A stretch of DNA of 63,208 bases, the filler included, from Reclinomonas americana ATCC 50394 (lineage: Eukaryota), in assembly GCA_048213135.1 (NCBI GenBank). It is 5 parts of 3 records of this genome, joined end to end, with 100 filler letters (N's around TTAATTAATTAA, not from the genome) between each part and the next. Parts side by side here need not be neighbours in the genome. Positions count along the whole stretch, not along the records: positions 32,796 to 54,039 come from PS015128.1; positions 54,140 to 62,023 come from PS015128.1; 3 more parts are not named here. The stretch is one strand, 5' to 3'. Both the position numbers and the translations under genes were made by a program. The notes under the pieces were generated by a model, which saw nothing but the letters and a program-made list of their open reading frames with translations, did not search any database and had not been told where the DNA came from. Position 1 is the stretch's first letter, and the number at the start of each line of letters is the position of its first letter. Shown here one piece after another: positions 41,971 through 54,594 of the stretch.

Positions 41971-42970
41971 TCTCGATTCCACTTTCTCTCTGTCTCTTTT
42001 TTATCCTTTCGTCTGCATTCTCCTTTCGTTTTTTTGGTTCCCTTTCATTACGTAGTTGCAACAACCAACAAAAGAAAAACGCAATTGCTTGCAGTAGAGT
42101 TGCTTTCCTTGCGTCGCAGAGGGAGAGAGGGGAAGCCGTCCGTTCATTGTTGAACTTGCTTTTGTGATGCGATCTCTCTGCCTGGCTTTGGCTTTTTCTC
42201 GTCTTGGATGAGCCACGTATGATCGCAGAAAACGGGCCTTTTGATCCCGTGACCCTTGACCGACGATGACGCCGGTGCTGCTTTGCTTGCTTCACGGATC
42301 CGGACCCGGCTTTGCTTTGTTTGCCTGGCTATATGGCCTTTCCCCGAATACGATGTGCCGTGTACGATCGCAGAAAACGCTGTGCGTCTATAGCTATGCA
42401 AGTGCGTCAAATCCACTGGTCAACCACGCTTATGCGGTGAAGATCGCAGTTCTCGACTTGTTCGGAGCTCCGAGAGCGATCACACCTCAACACTGGTGTT
42501 GTTGTTGTGTTGATTTTTGGATACGGTTGAACTTGGTCATCAAGACAGCTGTGCTTGCAATTGTTTGTCGGCACATGAATTGTTGTGGCAACTGTTGGCC
42601 TCCCTGCGAAGGCAGTGCAGAATCAGAATTTCTAGCATCGCTGCACGTTCGAATTCAGTTCATTGAATCGCGAACATTGTGTGCTGCATGCCACGGATCG
42701 CCCGGTCGCACACCCGAGGAGCACGAACGTTTCTAGAACTGCATGTGGGTTGCTGCGTGGTTTCTGTTGCCGGAACGTCGGCGCCGGCACCAGCAATATT
42801 CGATTTTTCGATTTCTCTCACTGTTTCCGTGATGCCTCAATTTCTGGTTCTCACGCACAATGGTCATCGTATGCATGCACCTGTGTTACTGTTTGGATTA
42901 CAGAAGCTATTTGTCGCCGTTGAAAGGATATCTGGATATCGAAAACGCAGTGGACCGACGTCTACAGTGG

Positions 42971-42978
42971 TGACGTCA
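42971..42978. promoter_or_regulatory. TGACGTCA motif upstream of the ankyrin gene
   Basis: 35 nt before the ATG at 43013. Confidence 0.45.
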
Positions 42979-43012
42979 TTCACTCTTTCACTCTGCGCAC
43001 GAGAAGTGAGCC

Positions 43013-45323
43013 ATGCGGTCACCCTCACCTCACCGCAGCACGCACACGCTGCTGCCTTTGCTCCTCCTCCTCCTCCTCGTCGTCGCCATCATCGCGACAT
43101 GCGCACACGCCTCTGTGTACTCGCCCGGTCGCACCCCCGACCAGCAAGGCATCGAGCAGCCGCCTCCAGTCAGTGCCGCCGACCAAGCCATCGACGAGCT
43201 GCACAATGCCGTCTCTCTCGGCTCCATTGCACAGGTACGCAAGCGAAACAAAACAAAAGAAAGAGACGCACACACACAAAAAAAGAGTGATGACGTAACG
43301 GACACGTGTCATGCATGCATAACAACAGGTCAAGGAGCTCGTCAAGGAAAAAGGCGTGTATTTCAACGCAGTGCATCCGGCCTCCAAGTTGACTGCGTTT
43401 GCGATCGCCTGTCGCAGTGGGCATGAGAAGATGGCGCGGTATATTCTGGCGCTGGCGCAAAAGGCGGTGGATTCGTACAAGAAGGGGGAGCGCGAGGAGG
43501 CGCCGCAGGAGACGGTCAAGGAGATTTTGAATTTCCGCGATGAGGAGCAGAAGATGTCGGTGTTGTTGATGACGGTGTTGCTCGGCAAGGAGAAGATGGT
43601 CAAGGTGAGAAGGAGGGGGAAGGAGGGGAGAAGGAGGGAAGGGAGAAGGGAAAGGGGATGGGGAAGGGGCTGGCGAAGGAGGGGAGGCGAGTGCAAGAAG
43701 GGAAGAGGAACAGGGAAAGAGGGAAAGGAGAAGGAAAGGTATGACGGGGAAGGGAGACAGGAGGGGAGAAGGAAGGAAAGGAGAAGGGAAAGGGGATGGG
43801 GAAGGAAGAAGGGAGAATTGGGCAGGGGCTGGGAACGAAGGCGAGTGATATAGAAGGGAGAGTAGAAGGGGAGGCAAAGAGAGGGTGAGAGAAAGGGGCT
43901 GTGAGAGGAGAAGGGGAAAAAGAGAGCAGCGACTGGCAAGAAGGGGAGAGGAACAGGGAAAGTGGGAAAGGAGAAGGGACAAGGTAGATGGAAGGGAAGG
44001 GAAGGTGAGGTGAAGAAAGGAGGGAAAGGGGATGGGGAGAGGAGAAGGGGAGGAAAGAGAGCAGCGGCTGGGGAAGGAGGGAAGGCGAGTGAAAGAAGAG
44101 GAGAAGAAAAGGGAAGAGGGCAGGGATGGCGAATGATATATAGGGGGACAAGGGGGAGAGTAGAAGGGAAGGCGAAGAGAGGGTGAGAGAAAAGGGATGT
44201 GAGAGGAGAAGGGGAAAAAAGAGAGCAGCGACTGGAGGCGAGTGAAAATAGGGGAGAAGAAAAGGGAAAGAGAAAGGAGACGGAAAGGTATGACTGTGAA
44301 GGGAGACAGAAAGGAAGGGAAGAGACATAGTCGATGGAGGGAAGACGAGGAGAGGGAGGGGGAAGAGGGCAGAGAAGGGATTAGGAGAGAGGGAGAAGAC
44401 GGGGAGAAGAAAAGGAAAGAGGGCAGGAGAGCTGGAAGTTAATGGGGAAGGTATGAATAGCGGAGCAGAGGGGTTGAGAGGCTGGGGGAGGAAGGAATGG
44501 GGAAGAAGAGGATGGGGAAGGGGAGAAGAAAAAGGAAGAGAGGTCTCTTGTCTGCGAGTGAGCTAGCCAAGTGCCGTGACCAAACTCTCCGCTTCTTTCA
44601 CCAGCATCTGCGCACTCTGTGTCAGCATACTTGCGTGTGAGAGTGCATGTTCTTCCGCAAAGGGACAGCGAGGATGGAGTGAAGCGGGCAGGATTACTGG
44701 GAAGTGTGGTAGTAGAGGGCTGGGTATGGAAGAAAGGCACCGATCACACGTGGAGTGTGGACGAAAAATGAGATGCTCACTCTCCCCTCCCCTCCCTCTT
44801 GCCTGGCAGCTCCTGTTGGAGAAAGGCGCGGACCCGACGATTCCCGACATCAAGGGATACACGCTGTGGCATGCGGCGTGCTTTGCCGGTCACGTCGAGG
44901 TCGCTCGAGTGTTGCATCATTTCGGACTCAATCATGTTGCGTTGCCTGATTGTTCGCTGCTTTCACGGCGATCTTCTCACTGCGACTGCAGGAGGAAGTG
45001 CATGCGGAGGACGGCTACGCACCAGTGTTCCGCGCGACGTGGAAGGACACGCGTCAGCATGCGGCGGTGAGTCTGCAGAGAGAGAGAATGATTGCTGTCG
45101 TTTGTGACGAACTGGACACTTTCAAAGGCACTATCTCGATCGTTTTTCATTCTTGCTCTCAATTCTCTCTGCGCCTCGGCGACAGGGAAAGTGTTTGTTT
45201 CGTTCTCTTTGTGTTTGCATCTCAGTGTGGCCTCTGGTGCTGGTTCACATGTCACTTTTTTCTCTCTTCCAATCTTCTCTCCCCGTCTATCACTCAGTCT
45301 TGTCCTTCCCAGTCTCTGGCCAC

Positions 45324-45366
<43 letters not shown>

Positions 45367-46188
45367 CTCCTCGATTTCGACATCGCCCACTCCTTCCTCC
45401 CCGTCCCTTGCCTCCCCCTTTGCCACCACTCACTCTTCTCTCTTCTCTCTCTCTCTCTCTCTCTCTCACTCTCTCCTCCTCGATTTCGACGTCACCCACT
45501 CTTTCCTCCCTGTCCCTTGCCTCCCCCTTTGCCGCCAGTCACCCTTGTCTCTCTCTCTCTCACTCTCATTCCCCCCCTCCTCCTCCCTTCCCCCTTGACC
45601 TTCCCCCCTCTCCAGGTGCTTGAATACCTGATCGTGACCCTCGGCGTCAGCCCGAGCCACGTGAACCTCAAGACCGGCTCCTCGCTGCTCATCGAGGCCA
45701 TTACGCACGAGAACCTGAAGGGCGTGCGCATTCTGCTGGCCAACGGCGCCGACCGCGAGTACAAGGACTTTTCAGGCAAGAAGGCGCGCGACTACGCCAA
45801 GGTGACGAAGATGTTTGGGCATCTGTTCGACAAGTACAGCTACGTCGACCCCAAGCCGTGCCCGCAAGCTGCGGAGCTGAAGCAGTTGGCCGAGGCGAAG
45901 GAGGGCGGCAGCGCTGCGGCAAAGGTGGAGGACAAGAAGAAGACGACGAAGGATGCCAAGGTGGAGGCGAAGAAGGAGGACAAGGAGAAGAAGGAGTCCA
46001 AGGACAAGAAGAAGAAGACGACGAAGGATGTCAAGGTGGAGGCGAAGGTGGAGGACAAGGAGGAGGCGAAGGAAGAAAAGAAGGAGGAGGAGACGAAGAA
46101 GAAGGCGGACGAGAGCAAGTCTGCTACAGGAAAGGGAAAGAAGGAGAAGAGTGCCAAGAAGGGCAAGGCACAGAAGACGGAGCTCTGA
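43013..46188 (+). CDS. Ankyrin-repeat protein with signal peptide, K/E-rich tail and C-terminal KTEL
   Basis: Signal [22 protein letters not shown]. Ankyrin units LTAFAIACRSGHEKMARYIL, LLLEKGADPTIPDIKGYTLWHAACFAGHVEVARVL and SLLIEAITHENLKGVRILLANGADREYKDFSGKKARDYA. Ends AQKTEL*. Confidence 0.88.
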
Positions 46189-46254
46189 GCAGGGCTGGTC
46201 GAATGCATGGCATTTTTATAGGAGAGGTCTCGTTCGTTGTAATCAATCCTTGTC

Positions 46255-46941
46255 TCACTGCGCCACATGCTTGATGATCCACTCCAGAGCCTCTTTGAGG
46301 CCATCGCCAGTCAGGCCACAGATCTGCACCACCGTCCAGTTTGCTCGCTCCTTCAGCGCCGGCAGCGTGAACTCCTGCGTGAACTCATTCAACGCCATCG
46401 CCTCCGGCTGATCGCTCATGTTGGCGCACAGGACCAGTGGAATCGAACTCATCGCGGCCTCGTCGAGAACTCTGCGCAATTCCTCGCGCGCTTCGCCGAA
46501 TCGATCCGGCTTTGACGAGTCGACAAAGTACATTAGCGCGCACGTGTCGCCGTAATAGTGCCGCCACAGTGGCCGAATGGGCTCATGCCCGCCAACATCC
46601 CACAACATGAGCTTGTGCTCGCCACACTCCACCTCCTCCACATTGAAGCCGCGAGTGGGAATGCACGTGACGGTTTCTCCCAGCTTGACGAGGAATGAGA
46701 GTGAGAGGAGAGGCCTAGGGAGAGAGAATGAACACGGTGTTTCTGCTAATACGCACGCGAAGTCGGTAGAGCGCGGTTGTCTTGCCCGTCCCGTCGATGC
46801 CGAGCATGAGGACCTTCATCGTGTGCGTGGTCACTGAAAACTGCCAATAACGAATAAATAAATTCGTGGGACTGGACACAACGTCGAGCACGGTGAGCGA
46901 CTCGACCGTGCCGTGCTGAACGAGGCCATTCTGTGCCCCAT
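46255..46941 (-). CDS. Divergent Arf/Arl-family small GTPase
   Basis: MKVLMLGIDGTGKTTALYRLR|LGETVTCIPTRGFNVEEV...WDVGGHEPIRPLWRHYY...FVDS...CANMSD...GDGLKEALEWI. Putative MG start at 46941. Confidence 0.9.
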
Positions 46942-47194
46942 GTGCTTTGAGTCTTCAACATGGACGAGCGTAGGCCGATGGCAGTGTCGTGCGCATGCGC
47001 ATGCGGAAGCGCAGTCCGTGTTTGTCCTTCACCATGTTCTCCGCGGCCGTGGGTCGCTCGCATGCTCTCTGTCGCTCATGCAGTTCTGTTGTCGTTGCTG
47101 TTGTCGTTGCTGCTACGGAGACTTTCACGGCGAAGACGGGGGCGGAGTCCTGTCGACGTCGTCCCGTTTCTCTTCTATTCGAACACAATCAGTC

Positions 47195-47842
47195 ATGCTG
47201 CACCTCATGGCACAGCACGCGCGACCGCTCCTCCGCGCCTCCTTCACCATGGGCACGCTCATGGGCTGCTCCGACGTCCTCGTGCAACGCATCACCTCCA
47301 CAGACAGCAACTGGCGATGGGACGCACCGCGCACCGCTCGCTGGATGTGCGCCGGCGCCACCCTGCAAGCCCCCATGTTCTACGCCGGTTACCGCGTGGT
47401 CGACGCACGATGGATGATCGCCTCTTCCTCGACCAACTCCGCGCGACAACTCCTCACCGTCTCACTCCGCAAGGCCCTCGTCGTGCAGCTGTGCATCTCT
47501 CCCGTCTACCTCGTGCTTCTGTACGGCTACCTGGCCGCCATGGAGGGCCTGTCGTGGCGCGAGTGCTGCAAGTTGCACCTAACATAATAGTCCTCTCTCT
47601 TTTCCTTGCGTGTCTGCTCACCTCCCCGCAGAAGCAGTGTCGATCGCGCTCCAATCGCCTATGCGGCCAGCTGCTGTGTGTGGCCCGTGGCCAACACAGT
47701 GCAGTTTGCGCTGGTGCCGTCGCAGTATCGCATTCTGGTGGCGGCGTTGCTCGGGTTGCTGTTTAACTCGTTTTTGAGTTGGTGGAATGTGGTGGCGGTG
47801 GTGGGAGAGGTGCAGGAGAGAAGGGTGGCGACGAGTGAATAA
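47195..47842 (+). CDS. Mpv17/PMP22 family membrane protein (2 exons)
   Basis: SDVLVQRI...WDAPRTARW...KALVVQLCISP...VWPVANTVQFALVPSQYRILV...FNSFLSW. Confidence 0.9.
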
Positions 47843-47895
47843 TGATAGTTTGTACATTTTCGGGGTGGAGTGGTGGTGGTGGTCAAGGGAGGTGG

Positions 47896-48144
47896 TCAGA
47901 AGCCCTTGAGGAAGGCCGTCACGTCATCGCTGAGCTGTGGGTGGGGAGGAGGATGGTGAGGGGAAAGAAGGGGAAGGGTGAGTGAGGATGGTTTCTCAGT
48001 GGGCACACGTGTGGGCGAGTGTGCGTTGTGTGCAGACGTGGTGCTCGTGGAGCGCGCGTGGCTCTTTCACTCTTCAGGTTGCTTCCTCTCCTTCTTTGTC
48101 TTCTTCTTCCTCTTCTTCATCGGCGTACGAGTCTATACGCATTC

Positions 48145-48188
<44 letters not shown>

Positions 48189-49310
48189 NNNNNNNNNNNN
48201 NNNNNNNNTCTCATCCTCCCTCTCCTCTCCGTGCGCTCCCCATCTCTAACTGCATGTGTGAGTATACGGAGGGTTGCCTGTCACTCCCTACTTCTCACCA
48301 TTCCTGTCTCTCTCTCTCTCTCTGCGTGAATGTGCTTGGGCGAAGAGAAAGGTATGAGCTATCTCATCGCTGCCGTGCGCTCTCTGTCTCTTCTCCTCTC
48401 GCACTGTGTTATGTGGGCGTACGAGTCTGTTCGCGTTGCGTTGTTCTCTCAGTTTCTCTGCTCTCGTCCTCCTCTCTCCAACCGTCGGTTCTGACACTCT
48501 CCGCATCTCTATTCACTAGCTCACTGTGTGTCTTCTCTTCCTTTCCTCCGCGAGTTCCGACACTCCCTATCAGACTCTCTCTCTCACACACTCTACGCGT
48601 CTCTGTTCACTCGCTGACTGTGAGTATTCGTGAGTTCTGACAACATACTCTCACTCACACACACACTGTGCGTGGAGTGGGGTGCATCGTCTCTTCTTCT
48701 TCTTCTTCTCCTTCTCTCTCTCTCCCTCTCTCCCCCTCCTTGTGTATTCACGCACATGAATGAGACGAGGGTGCTGTGGAGTCTGCTGGAGGAGGATCAA
48801 GAACGGCAGCGAGCTGCGAGTGTGGAGAGAGAGAGAGAAAAGAACAAAGAGAAAAGAGAGAGAGAAGAGAGTCATGACACGGGGTCGATCGGGGGTATTT
48901 TGATCAATGTGCGCACACACACTCACCACGCGGGATCCCGAGTCATCGCTGCTGGGACGTGAGTCCGACGAGGAGGTTCTGTTGAGGAGGTGTATGTGAG
49001 TGTATGTGAGGTAAGCAAGGTGAGAGACGAGAGAGGAGGAGAGACGCACGTGCGGCGTTCGATGGAGCTGATGGAGCTCTCCGAGGGAACAATGTTGCTC
49101 TGCTCCATGATGTGTGTGTGGAATGTGGTGTGCGACTGTGTGGGTGAAGAGTGAGCGATGGAGTGATCGTGGTTGTGAGCTCTCGCACAGACCTGGTTGA
49201 TGAGTTGCGATGCATTTGTTGATCGGGGGTTCGCTGCCCTCATGTCACAATCAAACACAGCGCACAAGAGGCCATGGTGGGAGGCATTCTGTGACTGTAC
49301 TTGATCGCTG
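47896..49310 (-). CDS. Low-complexity multi-exon hypothetical protein
   Basis: Series of short AG...GT-bounded exons (SNIVPSESSISSIERR; TSSSDSRPSSDDSGSRV) ending LSDDVTAFLKGF*. Confidence 0.35.
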
Positions 49311-49474
49311 TACCACGAGCAAAGTGAGTGCCTAGGAGAGGAGCTCTCTCTCTCTCTCNNNNNNNNNNNNNNNNNNNNGTACGGTTACGTACGTACGTAC
49401 GTACGTACGTACGTACGTACGTACGTACGTACGTACGTACGTACGTACGTACGTACGTACGTACGTCGTCGTCG

Positions 49475-49551
<77 letters not shown>

Positions 49552-50179
49552 CTCCCTCTTCTTGCTCTCTTTGACGCGTTCATTCTCTCAGCCTCCATCT
49601 CCGTCTTGTGTCTGGTGTGTCCCTCTCAACCTTTTCTTCTTCTTCTTCTTCTTCTTGTTCTCCTCCTCCTCCTCCTCCTCCTCCTCCTCCTCCTCCTCCT
49701 CCTCCTCCTTTCTCGTTCTCTCTCACTCGCACTCTATCTTCTATTGAGTTTTTCTCCCTCTCTCTCTCTCACACACACACTCACCCATCCTCTCCTACCT
49801 TAAACGTGGCCCAGGAATCTGCTCTTCGTTCGTCACAACGCGCCTGAGCTGGTGTCGTGATGATGTTTCTCTGCCTCCTTCTCCTCACGGCGCCGGCCAC
49901 ACACATTGTGAAGCTGGCGCGACTTGGGATACGCTCCGAATTAACAAGGTTGTCAGGCACCACCTGCTACTGCTACGCGTGTGGGCGGGAGGCTTTTGGA
50001 TTGCAAGACGGGACATGCATTGCATGTCGAATTTATTTTCGCCTTGTGCTGCGAAATGCGCTACAGCTTGCGAGAACACGACAGGATGCAGCTTAAAACG
50101 CCGGATTCCGCCGCGCATTCGCCCATTGGTTCTTTCTTCAACCACCTCTGAGAGCTGACAACTTGCCTCGCTCGGCTCA

Positions 50180-53100
50180 TGAGCTGTGAGCATCACACGT
50201 TGCGCATTTTGAACATTCTGGACTCTGCGTTCACTGCCGCCACTGCCAGTTGTCCACGTGCGTTGTTGCACAACTCGAGTGCCACGCTGCCGTTGTCTCT
50301 CTCTCTGTTGTCCGACCATTCTGCTGCAGGTCCTCCTGAGGAAGAAGTACTTCAGCCGACAGCGGCAGGGGTATGTTTACGTTCTGCTGGGTTGTCGATC
50401 TTCCTTGCTCATCACAAATGCGTTCACAGCCGGCCACGGTTCCCTCTGCAATGGAAGCCCACACGCTCTCACTGGCGTTGAATGTGGTGCTGTTGGTCCT
50501 TTTGTTCTTGCATATTCTCAGTCGTCGCTTTGGATTCCGCCTCTGGCCCCGGTCGTGGTCGGGTGCGATTGTCAGCCAGCGGCGAGTGCAGGCGTTGCAG
50601 CATCCCACCGACCAGTACCCCATTGTGTTTGACATTGATCGAGTGACTCCCTCGTGTGAGTTATCATCATGTATACCACCTGGCTCACGTCCTCCGTTTG
50701 TTGACCCTAAGTCTCCGCTCTGCAGATCGCTGGTATGTTCGTCTTGCACGAGCTCTCTATCAGCGATGCGTCGGCATGCTTGCACCGCATCGACAACAGG
50801 CGGTGAATGGCGTTCTCGAGCTCAACGACACACTGATCCGCCAACTCTTTGACATGAAACAGCCCGCGGCAAGTGCGGCCTCTGGTGCAGCGCCAACCAC
50901 TGATCGCGGTGACTTCCTGCGGCGTGTGGTGACAGTGTTGGATCCTGTCGACGGGTTTCCTTTCGGTGCCGGAGCCGTCATCGTATCCGTCCATGGATTG
51001 TTCAAGGTTGGTTGGAAGATGGTGCTGACAGAATCCAGCGCCCCACAACTCACTGTGTGTTTGCTTGATTGTGACAGCGCGGCAAATCGTGGCTGATCGA
51101 GCTGCTGACGAACTCGGAACTTAGACTTCACCGTTGCGTGTGACGTGCTTATTGTCTTCGACGTCTCCGTGTCTCAACGAAAATTTCTCTATCGTCAGAC
51201 GCGGTTGAACACACTCGGGGCCTGAGTGTCGCTGTCATCAGCTCCAATGGTCGCTACATTGTTCTCGTCGATACTGCTGGCATTGGAACACCGCTTACAT
51301 GTTACGTAGTGCTCTCAAATTGTGACTGCATTGCGTAGCTCATTCTCTGACGCCCGAGTACAGTGCCTGAAATTGACATTGTCGCTGCCGATCCCCTGAT
51401 GCTTGGTCTGGAACAACAGCCTCGCGATCGAATTCAAGGGGGTGCCGCTGCACCTCCCGAGGTCGGTGCCGGAGCGGCCCAAATTGGGGGCGACGCAGAT
51501 GAAGGTGCCGGCGCAGCCAGGGGCATGGATATGTCAGTGCCGCAGCCACACGCGAATCCTGCGCGCAAGGACGACAAGCGATTGGCAGCCGAGTGGGCCT
51601 TTGCCGGGAAGGTCGTCACTGAGGAATTCCTGGTTTGCGAAACTGTGGGCTCCATGTTGTGCGTTCTGGAGATCTGACTCCCGTGACATTCGATTGGTAG
51701 GCCCGTGTGGCGGATGACATTGCCGACATTTTTATCGTGGTGGTGAACAACATGACTCGTGCCGATCAGGAGCTCTGCTGGGTGAGCTTGACAAGAGAGT
51801 CTGCGAGGCAATCGAGCATGTTTATGGCTCACACCGCGCATCTTCGCAGACACTGCGTGACAGCCGTCGCCCAGGCCAGCCACTGGTGATTGTGTCAAAC
51901 TTGCTCGACTGCGACAACGAGGACGAGTTCATCCGGCGTCGCGAGGTATGCACCGGGAATCAGATTCTACCAAGTTGACGACAGTGACCACTCATCGCTC
52001 AGTTCCTTCACAGAACAACTTTTGCAGCACATTCAAGGGTATTCGATTCAGCGACCGCCACGAGTTGTCCAAGCGCTTTGAGGACGCTGTCGGCAACCTG
52101 CTCGGGTTCACATTCGCCAAGCAAGGCACCGAATTCGGCAACATGGTCAACGTAGCGTCTGCGAAGGAATTGATCAGCTACATCGACAATGTCGTCATCC
52201 AGCGCCAGACAGACCCGCACACTAATGAGGTGAAGGAGGAGTCGTTCGTGAGCCGCGTTGTCGGCTCCATCCGTCTCTGCCTGCAACACTACCTAGGAAT
52301 TACGGACATCAACAGATGGAAGATCGAAGACACCGCTGTTCTGTACTACGACTTCAACGCCGCCAACCCAGAAGAAGCGTTCTACATTTGCCCTCGTCCA
52401 GGCACGGGATTGACGCCACGTTACGGACGGACGCTACTTCTCGAGGGACACCGTCTGGCGTTGAATTCGACACGAGTGGAGGTGAGAGTCGTGCTGCGGC
52501 GCGATTCAGGAGTCTTTCGACATCTAATCCTGTGTCATTCTGTGTACAGGCCGACGTGTTGGTGAAAACGGATCGTGTGATCCACGTCATTCCGCTACCT
52601 GGCTACTGCGAAGGTGACATTACCGACGCCGACCGCGGCGAAATCGTGGACAGAGCCATCGCCGTGGAGCGTGTCGTGGTGAAGCGGAAGCCGTACTTGC
52701 ACGTGTACGGCAAGTATGATCTCTTCTGGTTGGACAAGCAGGGCGAGCGTCATGCGTACCCAGGTGCACACGAGGAGCATGCTGTCCAGCACCAACATGG
52801 TGTCGTGAAGATCCGACGTCTGGGCACGCCCATTGACATTTATGTCGAGTTGTCGCCGGAGCTGGCGAACTCCCGGAACGCCATCTCACATCACTGTATG
52901 AATGGTTTGTTGCACGTTGAGATTCTCACGGCGGCCGCGTATGATTCTCTGGATGGTGAGTTTGGCGCAGAGCAACTTGTTTGATGTCGACGTAACGCAT
53001 CTTACACTATAATCTTCCAGGTCCTCGTGACCGTCGCCGCCACGATGATGATGACGGTCGCCAAGTGTTTGGTGGAGTGGGGCTCGGCGCTGCAGTCCAA

Positions 53101-53262
53101 CACGCTGTGATGGCACCCGCTGCCGCCGCCGTACCTTTGGTGGTGGTGGCGCCCGCTGTGCCAGTCGCACCCGTTGAAGATGCGCAACCACCGGCTGTGG
53201 CTCCTGTCTCTGTTGCGCCATTCATGGAGGCCATGCCGGAGCTGGAGGACGAGAACAAGTAA
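50180..53262 (+). CDS. Membrane-anchored P-loop GTPase-like protein with C-terminal Hsp20/alpha-crystallin-like domain
   Basis: TM segment LSLALNVVLLVLLFLHIL; G1 SVHGLFK|RGKS (intron 51007-51077); G2 HTRGLS; G3 LVDTAG (51270-51281); IFIVVVNNMTRADQ; LVIVSN; then IHVIPLPGY...NGLLHVEI. Last exon 53021-53262 ends LEDENK*. Start uncertain. Confidence 0.75.
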
Positions 53263-53422
53263 CGGCGATAAATCAAATATTGTGAATTGGCTTGCTGTTT
53301 CTACGTTTGTTCGCTTTGCCCATTCGTTTTCGAAGCGTCTCCTCCGATCCCACCTAAACATTCACCGTGTGTTCTCGCTACAAGAATCGTCACACACTTT
53401 ACAATCTCCCACTCCCCTCCCC

Positions 53423-54039
53423 TCACCCCCCTCCAAACCTCACCACCTCCAACGACCCCCTCCCCGCAAACGTCTCCACCACCGACTCCAACATCGCCCT
53501 CTGCTGATCCGCATGCCCCAACGACAAGTAATAACCAATCGCCGCCACGGCCTTTTCGCGATGCCTCTCGCGCTCCTCCATGCTCGGCGTCAGCGCGTGC
53601 AGCATCAGCAGGTAGTGCCCGACGCCGACCACGCGATGCATGGCATCCATCGTGGCGCGCGACGGCGCATCCACCGGCCGGATCTCGTCGTCCAACGCCG
53701 CCACCGCCCACTCGGCAATGCGCACCACCTCCAGTAGCACCGAGCGTCGCAGTGGGCTGTCCTCCGGGAGTGAGGGGATGTGCTGCAATGGGGGAGGTGA
53801 GGTGAAATGAGGATGATTGGGAGAAGAAGGGGTGGAGACCTTCATCATTCCTCGACTGGCCTTGTCTGTGGGCGAGGGGAGGGGGTAAGTCGTGGGGTGT
53901 ATGTGAAGAGAGAGAGAGAGACAAAGCACGCAACAATACTGAAACACAATCATCTGTTGCCTGGTGAAACGCTCCCACGACTCGCGACGGAACTTGCTCA
54001 GCGGTGGGAGCGGGAGGGAGTCCAGGAGGTGGGGACGAG
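53423..54039 (-). CDS. Hypothetical helical protein, 3' fragment
   Basis: Terminal exon ...LRRSVLLEVVRIAEWAVAALDDE...AVAAIGYYLSLGHADQQRAMLESVVETF...GGG*. Confidence 0.5.
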
Positions 54040-54139
54040 NNNNNNNNNNNNNNNNNNNNNNNNNNNNNNNNNNNNNNNNNNNNTTAATTAATTAANNNNN
54101 NNNNNNNNNNNNNNNNNNNNNNNNNNNNNNNNNNNNNNN
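54040..54139. other. Artificial scaffold spacer
   Basis: N44-TTAATTAATTAA-N44. Confidence 0.95.
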
Positions 54140-54594
54140 GACGTACTGCGCTCTCTCTATCTCTCGCACACACATGCATACACAAACAAGTCTCGATCAT
54201 TCCTCCCTCAGAGAGATGTCAAGTGCCACGAGAGGCATGCACGAATAAGCTCAACAAAGGAACCGAGTCCAACTTTTTCTTCTTCTTCTTCTCTCACTTC
54301 TACCCCTCCACTCAGTAATGTCACACTGCGAGAAGTTTCACTCAACACACAACATGCATGCTGCGTGTGCTGTTGCATCACTTGCCGGCAATGGCGCCGA
54401 AACCGGAGAGGATCTGGTTCACCTCCTCGATGCTGCGCGTGAGACGAGAAGAGTGAGGGGGTTTGGGGGAAAAAAGTGTTGTGTTTGATTTTGTGTGTTT
54501 GTGTGTGTGAACGAAACGCCTCGTTGCCGACTTGGTCGACGAAAGGTGCCGCCTCCTGCTGCTCAATGCCCTGAATGTTGTCGCCGGCGTCCAT
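54140..54594 (-). CDS. Possible 5' fragment of a hypothetical gene
   Basis: MDAGDNIQGIEQQEAAPFVDQVGNE|SIEEVNQILSGFGAIAG; a CGACGTCGACGT motif lies upstream at 54788. Confidence 0.35.

Noticed and set aside
49385-49466. (ACGT)n palindromic microsatellite
   Set aside because: It matches the 454 TACG flow order and lies between an N gap and (CT)n, so it is probably an artefact; raw or long reads would be needed to accept it.
52957-53262. Separate small ORF 53065-53262
   Set aside because: It is better explained as the last exon of the GTPase gene (phase-1 GTGAGT donor near 52956, acceptor at 53020).
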